Notes under the pieces: generated by a model
What the model was told of the DNA's origin: nothing
The model's input: only the letters and a program-made list of their open reading frames with translations
Databases searched by the model: none
In this document: piece after piece, positions 52,955 to 62,723 of the stretch
How positions within the stretch are numbered: position 1 is the stretch's first letter
How the letters are laid out: the number at the start of each line of letters is the position of its first letter
From: Octopus bimaculoides
Lineage: Eukaryota
DNA: 62,723 bases
NCBI RefSeq assembly: GCF_001194135.2
Contig: NC_068993.1
Coordinates: 58,975,024 to 59,037,746 of the forward strand
Direction: 5' to 3'
Translations under genes and position numbers: made by a program

Positions 52955-53117
52955 CTGTATTTTAACGTGTATAAGGAGCCCCCTAATTCTTTTGGCTTAA
53001 AATTTGGAAAAAAGGGTTTTGTAAGGAATTATGATACTATCCATGTATAAGGAATTCCCATATTTTTTTAACCGAATTTTTGACAAAAAAGGGTTCCTTA
53101 TACATGTTAAAATATGG
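52955..53117. mobile_element. Tc1/mariner-superfamily MITE
   Basis: TIRs ctgtattttaacgtgtataagga / tccttatacatgttaaaatatgg, flanked by TA. Confidence 0.78.
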
Positions 53118-53489
53118 TATATCATCATTGTCATCATTTAATGTTCATCTTTGATGTTGGCATGGATTGACAAGAGCTGGCAATCTAGAGAACTGCACCA
53201 AACCCCATTGTCTGTTTTGGCTTGGTTTTTACAGCTGGATGCTCTTCCTAATGCCAACCAACCACATTACAGAGTGAACTAAGGGTTACTAATATTCTCT
53301 CGCTGTTAAGACACATGGTTAAGTAGTTCTTTTATAACATGCTTTCAGCTATCAAGCAATCTTGATCTTGAAGATTGCTTGGAGTCACTGGGTGCATTAT
53401 AAAACCTGATTAACCACATATCTCAATGCAAGAAAATATTAAATAGCTCTTATTGTAATACAGTGTATATTCAGTGATATTTGTTGATC

Positions 53490-53613
53490 TTTACCACATG
53501 GTTCTGGGTTCAGTCCCACTGTGTGGTACCTTAGGTAAGTGTCTTCTACTATAGCCTCAGGCCAACCAAAGCCTTGTGAGTGGATTTGATAAACGGAAAC
53601 TGAAAGAAGCCTG

Positions 53614-53657
<44 letters not shown>

Positions 53658-53862
53658 GTTTGCGTGTCTGTGTTTGTCTTGACCACTATCGCTTGACGAC
53701 CGATGTTGGTGTGTTTACGTCCCCATAACTTAGGAGATCGGCAAAAGAGACCGATAGAACAAGTACTAAGCTTACAAAGAATAAGTCCTGGATTCGATTT
53801 GTTTGACTAAAGGCGGTGCTCCAGCATGGCCATAGTCAAATGACTGAAACAAATAAAAGAAT
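53490..53862 (+). mobile_element. tRNA-derived SINE with internal (TA)n (ggttcagtcccact...ggtgctccagcatggcc family)
   Basis: Near-complete copy. Fragments lie at ~27770, ~29830-30175, ~34540, ~35250-35500, ~54540, ~55200, ~60580 and ~62090. Confidence 0.8.
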
Positions 53863-54258
53863 ATATACATATCGTTTCATTTTATGTCCAATTTCCGTTC
53901 TAGCATGGATTAGACAAATGGATTTTGACATATGTTATTGATCCATATGCTCGTGAGTGCAACACCCTAAACACTAAGCCTTGTGCCTCCACCCTATTAC
54001 TTTAAGGGTTAGTCCACGTTACTCTGTAAGGAAAATAGGGGTCTGTTTCCTGTTTTCTCTCGTGTATATATTCTTCCCTGGATGAGACGCTAGTCCATCA
54101 TCAGATAACTCATTTTTACTAGAGCACTGTGAAACGCAATGTTTTGCTTGAGAACACAATGCATCACCCAGTCCAGGATTTGAAACCACAATTTTACGAT
54201 CGTAACCACTAATGCACACAGCTCCAAAATTGCTTTAATGACTCATCTAAAAAGCGCG

Positions 54259-54296
<38 letters not shown>

Positions 54297-54807
54297 CACA
54301 CAGCCTGCAAAAAATCACCTCTTGTTTCGAAACAGAAACTACTTCAGTTCCAATCAGTTGTTGACCCCTGTACGAAGTTCAAGTGTGTTCCATACTGGAT
54401 GGCTGCTCATGCTTCAGAGATAATGACTTTTCAAATGTGTTTTAAAATGCCAGTCTGTCACACTTGATGTGTGTTGAGGAAGGGAGGAGGCTTGGTAGCT
54501 TATTGGAGCTGAAGTAGTTCATTCTTGTTATAAAAGTGTTGGCATGGCTGTTTGATTTCAGAAGTTTATATTGCAACTATGTGGTTTATGGTTCAATTCC
54601 ACTGCATGATACATTGGACAACTTGTTCTCTACTATGGTCTCAGATTGACCAAAATCTTGTAAATGAAATCTGGTAGGTAGAAATTATACAGAAGCCTAG
54701 TTGCGTGCACACGTGTGTGTATGTGTGTGTGTGTGTGTCTGTCTGTCTCTCTGTGCTTTCACATTGACACTTTTGACGACAGTAATGTCTGTCTCGCGTA
54801 AATTGTA

Positions 54808-55042
54808 CAGGGTGGCCCAAAAGTAGGTTTACAGTTAATCAACTATCTCTTTCGCATTCATATATTAAGTTTAGATCTTAATTATAAAAGAAATATGAAA
54901 GCATTATTCTGTGCTAATTTAGTTTAATTTTGTCAAGCTCTCTTTGCAGTTTGTAAGATAGAAATTTCGATGTAATAAAATGTTTTAAAAGAAATTTAAA
55001 GTGTCTACGCGATAACTGTAAACCTGTTTTGGGGCCACCTTG
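54808..55042. mobile_element. Tc1/mariner MITE (second copy)
   Basis: TIR cagggtggcccaaaagtaggtttacag; internal sequence homologous to 46974-47187. Confidence 0.82.
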
Positions 55043-57385
55043 CATGTTCCATAGCTTGGCAGTCCAACATATGAGGACTAGTGGAGTTAAATATCTAACA
55101 TGCAAACGAGTAAGGTTGATGTCTCATACAACCCATGCCATCATGGAAAAATGAACGTACAGACGATGATGTGAACGAAAACTATTGTTAGACTCTCTCT
55201 CTCTTTCTCTATGGAACCCACTCACATGGCTTTGGTCATCTTGGGGTTATAGTTGAAGAATCGTAACGAAGGTGTCACACAGTGGGACTGAATCTGAAAC
55301 CATGCGCTTGTGAAGTGAACTTGGGAACCACACAGTTTGTGTCAACGCATTTAATGCAGGGAGTGTCCAAAAACGTGATTGGAGAAAATATGCCATGATG
55401 AAGAGATATCATTAGCTCCATGATTAATATTATTTTAATTATTTTGATGACACCCTCAGACAGAGCATAGACTTCACTGCATAATTGTCGAAGAGAATCA
55501 CTGACATTGTATAATGTTGTCCACGAGTATGAGTGGAAAATTGAGATTAATCTTTTCTACTCTAGGCACAAGGCTAAGTACTTAATTTATCGACCCCGAA
55601 AGGCTGAAAGGCAAAGTCGACCTCGGCGGAATTTGAACTCAGAACGTAAAGACAGACAAAATACCGCGAAACATTTCGCCCGGCGTGCTAACGTTTCTGC
55701 CAGCTCGCCGACTTAACAACAGAAACAGCAACAACAATAATAATCATTATTATAATTATAGACGGGGGTAAAGAATACGTGCACCACCCATTTTCGGCGT
55801 AACCCTAACCCCCGAAAGCGTGTGGTGTGCGTATTCTTTACCTTCGCCTGATAATAATAACAATAATAATACCCCTTTCTNNNNNNNNNNNNNNNNNNNN
55901 NNNNNNNNNNNNNNNNNNNNNNNNNNNNNNNNNNNNNNNNNNNNNNNNNNNNNNNNNNNNNNNNNNNNNNNNNNNNNNNNNNNNNNNNNNNNNNNNNNNN
56001 NNNNNNNNNNNNNNNNNNNNNNNNNNNNNNNNNNNNNNNNNNNNNNNNNNNNNNNNNNNNNNNNNNNNNNNNNNNNNNNNNNNNNNNNNNNNNNNNNNNN
56101 NNNNNNNNNNNNNNNNNNNNNNNNNNNNNNNNNNNNNNNNNNNNNNNNNNNNNNNNNNNNNNNNNNNNNNNNNNNNNNNNNNNNNNNNNNNNNNNNNNNN
56201 NNNNNNNNNNNNNNNNNNNNNNNNNNNNNNNNNNNNNNNNNNNNNNNNNNNNNNNNNNNNNNNNNNNNNAAATAACTCTGCTGAACATTCTATCGCTTGC
56301 TACTATGAGGAGGGAAGAGAGAGGCGAGTAAAAGCACGATGACACACACACACACACACACAAATGCGCGCGCGCTCACGTTGTCATCAGTCATGACGTA
56401 AGGGGTCGTGTTCTGGAGTCTTGAAGTTTTCGGGAATTTTGTTTTGGCAAAGTCTATTTTTCTTTTCGATTTCTCTGTTGCATAACGGAGAAGCCGATGG
56501 GAAAATAGTTTCCATGTTTTGGAATTTCACATTACACTAAGATTTGCAGAAATGTAACACTTCTGCAACACACGCACGCACACACACACGCAACTACTCG
56601 CCAACGCGCGCGCGCACACGCACACACACACACACACACACATGGGTTGGACGATTCGATTGGGAACCAGGAGGCTGCACCAGTCCCCAATCTGATCTGG
56701 CAATGTTTCTACAGCTGGATGCCCTTCCTAACACCAACCACTCCAAGAGTGTAGTGGGTGCTTTTTACGTGCCACTGGCACGGAAGCCAGTCGAGGCGGC
56801 ACTGTGGAGAAATGGGGAGAAAATTCATCAGTTTGTGCAGAGTGTAAAGAGTAAAAGTGTGAAGACCACTCCCTTTGGTCATGAATGACCATGGGTTTGC
56901 ACCTAGAAAGTTCCCCTTGGAGGTAAGGTTATTTATGCAAGATGAGCAGTCACCCATGCTTACTAGCGTCTCTTCGCCACGCCACTGATGTTATCCAAGG
57001 GAAAGGCAAAGGGGCTGATACAGCTTGGCACCAGTGACGTCGCAACTCATTTCTAAAGCTAAGCAAAAAGGAGCAACATGAAATAACGTGTCTTAAGAAT
57101 ACAACGTGGTCTGAGTGGTTTTTATGTGGCACCAGCAGCATAGAATTCACCAAGTAACTTACTGGACAGAGCCCCGCCAATTGGAGGGAATAGTATTGAA
57201 AGACAGAAAAGATGTACCAGGTCATGAAAGTTACAGGAAGAATTATGGCACAATTAAGAAAAGAATTTAGCTTAAGTAAGAGGAAGGTTAGTTTTGTGCC
57301 AAACAGAATTATTTATTAATGTCCGTTTTCCCTGTGAAGCAACTACAGTAGAACTATTTAGTTAAAACTAAGCCACTGTATTTAG

Positions 57386-57698
57386 TGGAGGCGCAATGGC
57401 CCAGTGGTTAGGGCAGAGTACTCGCGGTCGTAGGATTGTGGTTTCAATTCCCAGATCGGGCGTTGTGTGTGTTTATTGAGCGAAAACACCTAAAGCTCCA
57501 CGAGGCTCTGGCAGGGGATGGTGGCGACCCCTGTTGTACTCTTTTGCTCCAACTTTTTCTCACTCTTTCTTCCTGTTTCTTGAGTTACGCTGCGATGGAC
57601 TGGCATCCCGTCCAGCTGGGGGGAACACATACGCCATAGAAACCGGGAAACCCGGCCCATGAACCTGGCTAGGCTTGAAAAGGGCGCAAAAAAAAAAA
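57386..57698 (+). mobile_element. Full-length tRNA-derived SINE with poly(A) tail
   Basis: A-box TGGCCCAGTGG, degenerate B-box GGTTTCAATTCC, A-tail, and a perfect 17-bp TSD taagccactgtatttag at 57369-57385 and 57699-57715. Confidence 0.9.
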
Positions 57699-58206
57699 TA
57701 AGCCACTGTATTTAGCAGTTGTTGGTCTGAAGAAGCCCTTTGAACAGGTCCCTTGCTCTGTGATCTTGTGGTTAACGTGGAAACTTGGAGTAGGCAAATA
57801 ACTGCTGAGAGCCATATGAGGCTTGTATCAAGGTATTGTCAGTAAGGTGTAAATGAGTAATGAGTACAACAAGTACAGGTACAGGTAGAAAGGTAATTTT
57901 TTTAGTCAACTTTTATTTGTCATAGTCCATGAAACCAGTTCATTGTGAGAACTACATTCTGCTGACGGTGATACATTGTGACAAGTAGGACAATTGAAAT
58001 ATCTAGAAATAAACAGACAGCAGTCGCTCTCAATTGATAGCATGCCTTGTATATAAATATAGTTTTCACAGACCAACCAGCTGTTGTCAGTCTCTGACAT
58101 ATCGATCTTATCTCTTTTTTCTTATTAAATAACTATAGATTCCACTTCCTTTATTCAATCTCACACATCTAAACTATTGCAGTGCTTTTTACTTGTCCCT
58201 TACTGT

Positions 58207-58246
<40 letters not shown>

Positions 58247-58464
58247 ATACATGTATGTATATTTATTTATACAAAAACACTTATGACTTATGGCCTTTCT
58301 GTATATCGAGCATTATGGTTTTACCAGGAACAGTAAGTTGTATATATATTTTTTATTTTGTTCTTGTTTAGCCTTTGGTCAACTCTGGTCCTGCAGACCT
58401 TATGGTCAAAGACGTTCCAACCTTGATTCTTCTATATTTTTTTTTATATTTGATTACCTATTGT

Positions 58465-58511
<47 letters not shown>

Positions 58512-58595
58512 CTTTTAAGACAGCAGTGGGGCTATGATTTGCGAGAGATTTGGCTACTATTTCTCACAGGTCTAGTGATCATGTAGAACAGTGAA

Positions 58596-58869
58596 CAGTG
58601 GTTCTCAACTGGAATCCATATAAGATTTTGTGGGGTGGGGGTGGGAAGCTCCATGTAAGATTTTGTTGTTAAAATTTACGTACCATAAATTGGTTATATT
58701 TCTCACGAAACACAAAATATTAAAATTTTTTTTTCAATAGAGTTCCTAATAATATTTCATTCTAAAAATGTAACAGGATTTCTTTAAACATTAAATGACT
58801 TTAAGGGGCCCATCCGATTAAAGCAGGGTTCAAAGGGGTCCATAGATGAAAAATGGTTGAGGAACACTA
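58596..58869. mobile_element. hAT (Charlie-like) MITE
   Basis: Termini cagtggttctcaac ... gttgaggaacacta. Confidence 0.68.
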
Positions 58870-59174
58870 GAAGTTCCCTTGTCAACTTTTGTTTTGCTTC
58901 TGCTTAGCTCCCTTATTGGGGACCCCTTTGAGCATGAGAGCATTCCAAACTTACTGATCCCATTTTTTTCTTCTGTTCCTGTTATACTGAGTATATGTTG
59001 GACTACATTACTCAACATATCTTTCACATTTTTAAAGTGTGATCTGGAGGATATTTGGCTGCTATTTGTAGCAGGTCAAGTGATTCAAACTGGTACGAGT
59101 TATCTTTAGACATGAGACTTGGTTTGAATTCTTGTAACAGAGTAGATCTGCTACAGACACTCAAGGACCAGATC

Positions 59175-60040
59175 ATCATCATCATCATCATCGTTGTTAT
59201 TATTTAGTATCTGTTTTCCATATTGGCGTGGGTTGGATGGTTTGACAGGGGCTGGCAAGGCCAGGAGCTGCACCAGGTTCCATCGTCTCCTTTGGCATGG
59301 TTTCTACAGCTTGATGCCCATTCCAACACCAACCACTTTACAGCCTTTACTGGGTGCTTTTTACATGGCACTTTACCAGTGCTTTTTACGTGGTACCATC
59401 ACCAGTAATTTTTATGAGATCGTTGCCAGTGCCCCTGGACTGGCTCTTGTGCAGGTGGCATGTAAAAATACACCATTTTGAGTGTGGCCGTTGCCAGTAC
59501 CTCCTGACTGGCCTTCGTGCGGGTGGCACGGAAAAGCACCCACTACACTCTCTGAGTGGTTGGCGTTAGGAAGGGCATCCAGCTGTAGAAACTCTGCCAA
59601 ATCAGATTGGAGTCTGGTGTAGCCATCTGGTTCACCAATCCCCAGTCAAATCGTGCAACCCATGCTAACATGGAAAGCGGNNNNNNNNNNGTGCCCCTGG
59701 ACTGGCTCTTGTGCAGGTGGCATGTAAAAATACACCATTTTGAGTGTGGCCGTTGCCAGTACCTCCTGACTGGCCTTCGTGCGGGTGGCACGGAAAAGCA
59801 CCCACTACACTCTCTGAGTGGTTGGCGTTAGGAAGGGCATCCAGCTGTAGAAACTCTGCCAAATCAGATTGGAGTCTGGTGTAGCCATCTGGTTCACCAA
59901 TCCCCAGTCAAATCGTGCAACCCATGCTAACATGGAAAGCGGACGTTAAACGATGAGCACCAGTAATTTTTATGTGGCACCACCACCAGTGCTTTTTATG
60001 TGGCACCACCACCAGTGCTTTTTACATGGCACCATCACCT
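59175..60040. mobile_element. Antisense RTE 3'-UTR copy interrupted by a sense copy of the same family (59417-59957)
   Basis: A 17-bp TSD caccagtaatttttatg lies at 59400-59416 and 59958-59974. Confidence 0.8.
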
Positions 60041-60814
60041 GAAAGGACAAGCTTGTACGTGTGGAAGACGGCAATCAGCTCCTGAACAAAGAAGTAAATT
60101 CTTGCATATAAAACTCGAGAGTAATGGCTGCAGGCAAACTAATGGCAAACAGAATCACAAAAGAGTTCAGGAGAATAACAGCCACATGCCTTTCAAACTA
60201 CCATATTTGTTAGGTAACAAGGAATAAATCCAGGGTGTATTTTCTCAATAAAAAACAAAAGTAAACAGCAGTTATGGGGAGGGGTGATGACCCCATTAAC
60301 AATGAGTGATATACACACACTTGTAAACAAAACTGCAACATGATTGTTTGTCTAATTTTAGTATCTTATCTATCTTCTCTATACGTGTTGTCCATTACTG
60401 TTTTAACGGCAACCTGGCTGAGAATGACATTGAAACTATTCCTACTATAGCGGAAATACAACATGACAGGGTTAAAAATAACTGTGGAATATTTACAATT
60501 TCTCAGTACTCAGAGGGAAAGTTGTATTGTGAAGTTCAAATTGACTAAGACCAAAGTGTAACTGAATAACTTATTCAACCAATGCATGTATGCTTCCCAA
60601 CTGGACCAAAAAGGGTTCAGTCCCACTGCATGGCACCTTGCTCAAGTGTCTTTTACTATAGCCATGGGCTGACTAAACTCTTGTGGGTGGATTTCGTAGG
60701 GGGAAACTGAAAGAAGCCCATCATACCTGTGGGGCACTGCCTTGAAGAACTTTTAGTTGAATGAATAGACCTGGGTACTTATTCTATCGGTTCCTTTTGC
60801 TGAACCACTGAGGG

Positions 60815-61180
60815 CTGGAAAGCCAGCGGCTGCACCAGGCTCCAATCTGTTTCTCCAGTGTTTCTACAACTGGGTGCACTTCCTAACGTCAACACTCTTA
60901 GAGTGTAGTGGGTGCTTTTTATGTGTCACTGACACAGGAGCCAGTTAGGCAGGCCTGGCATCGATTACATTCAGATAGTGCTTTTTACATGCCACCGGTA
61001 GGGGAACCAGTCAGGGGGCACTGGCATCGGCCACGTTCGGATGGTGCTTTTTACGATCCACTGGCACAAGAGCCAGTCAGGTGAATATATATATATATAT
61101 ATATTATATATAAGTCCAACCCACGCTAGCATGGAAAGCAGATGTTAAACGACGACGACGATGATGATGATGATGATGAT
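60815..61180. mobile_element. Antisense RTE 3'-UTR copy followed by a short sense tail
   Basis: Same family motifs in both orientations. Confidence 0.72.
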
Positions 61181-61193
61181 ATATATATATAAT

Positions 61194-61422
61194 GAGGGAG
61201 TGGTGAAAAGTTCCTAGCTTTAATAGTATTGTGAAAGGTCTGGTTGGAGACACAACCTTCCGGGTTCTTTCATAGGACTTAGAAAAACTGAAGGACTGTT
61301 GCAGTAAGTGTGTGAATCAGAAGGGGAAATAGTTTTTTTTCTTATTTTATTAATAAAATCATAATTAATTGATCCTCCTGTATTTTCTTTCACCCAAAGT
61401 CAGGAACCTTTCAGCCCCCCCC
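61194..61422. mobile_element. Mariner-derived MITE
   Basis: Imperfect TIRs gagggagtggtgaaaagttcctagcttt / aaagtcaggaacctttcagcccc. Confidence 0.6.
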
Positions 61423-62406
61423 CCCATATATGTGTGTGTACAAAATTCTCCATATAGGATTTGTACAACATATTGTTATATGTAGTAGGCAACATACTAC
61501 ATTGTCATAGGGTTTATTATTTTCTACTCTAGGCACAGGGCCCGAAATTTTTTGGGGAGGGGAGCCAGTCGATTAGATTGATCCCAGTACACAACTGGTA
61601 CTTAGTTTATCGGCCCTGAAAGGATGAAAGGCAAAGTCGACCTTGTCGAGGGTTGATACTGTGTTATTCAACTTTCTTCTTAAAGTATTGCAATGATTTA
61701 GTATCAAGTGTCACAGCTATCTTTGTATAAGTTTCCTTTGTGGTTGCTTTCATCTCCAAAATAGGTTACGACAATAAAAAAAACAAAAACGAATAGAATA
61801 AATACTATTAATGTACGAACTACTACTTTGTCACACACAAATTCTCTCTCTCTCTCTCTTTCACACACACCAAACACACATACACAAAGAAACCCAGACA
61901 CATATAAACCGAGACACATGCACACGCATACACAACTTACCTATACACACATACACCACACACACACGCACCACAAAGACACACGCGCACCACACATACA
62001 CATGCACTAAACACACACACAAACACAGACCCCCCACACACACATACCCCCTCACACAGACACACTCACACAAACACACCACTTGTCTTTTATCTTTTAC
62101 TTATTTCAGTCATTGCACTGCGACCATGCTGGGGCACCACCTTGAACTAATTGATTCCATTACTTCTTTTTAAGTGTGGTACTTATTCTGTTGGTCTCTT
62201 TTTCTCAAACTGCTAAGTTGCAAGAATGTAAACAAACCACACATGTTGTCAAGTACTCGGGGATGGGGCAGGAGTGACAAGCACAGACAAACACACACAT
62301 ACGCATATACATACATAATATATATACACACACATGTATATCATCATCATCATCATCATCATCATCATTGTTTAACGTCTGCTTTCCATACTGGCATAGG
62401 TTGGAT

Positions 62407-62723
62407 ATATCTGGCAGTGTTGGCTATAGCCTAGTCACCCGTATTACGAACCAGGTGATACACGAAGGAGTCATACCCAATGACTGGTGTAGCAGCATCA
62501 TAGTCAACTGCTACAAAGGTAAAGGTGACGCTTTAGATACAAATAATTACAGAGGCATCAAGCTGTTAGATCAGGTTATGAAAGTTACAGAGAGGGTCAT
62601 AGCCCAACTAATTAGGGAGCGAATCAATTTAGATGAGATGCAGTTTGGGTTTGTGCCAGGTAAAAGCACTACTGATGCCTTATTTCTAGTGAGACAGTTG
62701 CAGGAGAAATACCTAGCTAAGGA
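62407..62723 (+). mobile_element. RTE LINE reverse-transcriptase fragment with an open frame running off the window
   Basis: Manual translation gives SGSVGYSLVTRITNQVIHEGVIPNDWCSSIIVNCYKGKGDALDTNNYRGIKLLDQVMKVTERVIAQLIRERINLDEMQFGFVPGKSTTDALFLVRQLQEKYLAK with no stops. Confidence 0.92.

Noticed and set aside
57906-58020. Minus-strand acceptor followed by YFNCPTC... frame
   Set aside because: Short, with no recognisable domain or partner exons.
59429-59942. Exact 252-bp tandem duplication (59429-59680 and 59691-59942)
   Set aside because: Identical copies on either side of a 10-N gap; most likely an unmerged contig overlap.
60070-60190. Hydrophobic minus-strand frame HVAVILLNSFVILFAISLPAA...
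   Set aside because: Bounded by stops, with a weak acceptor and no recognisable family.

Overview
AT-rich, microsatellite-dense animal genomic DNA with six N-gaps. The repeat families and composition suggest an octopod cephalopod; this is inference. Two convergent genes are supported. (1) The 3' end of a Fat1/2/3-type (Fat-like/kugelei) atypical cadherin lies on +, with its terminal exon at 23824-24530 (GYHWDTSDW...SCSDISGLC...HTQV*). Its preceding intron (>23 kb) holds a series of candidate symmetric phase-1 microexons and a possible truncating terminal exon. (2) A complete three-exon DNAJC22/wurst orthologue lies on - (41506-41119, 37284-36815, 34900-34715; 347 aa; TM2-like N-terminus and C-terminal J domain with HPD). 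The rest is mobile DNA: RTE LINE fragments and many 5'-truncated 3'-UTR copies, several tRNA-derived SINE families, and mariner/Tc1, piggyBac-like and hAT MITEs and foldbacks. Most notable are a tRNA-headed SINE ending in a minimal type-I hammerhead ribozyme with a Penelope-style inverted arm, two further hammerhead-like repeat tails with the same non-canonical architecture, and the Fat microexon series. Nearly all other ORFs in the track are microsatellite or gap artefacts. All of this was read by eye; coordinates of degenerate repeats are approximate.
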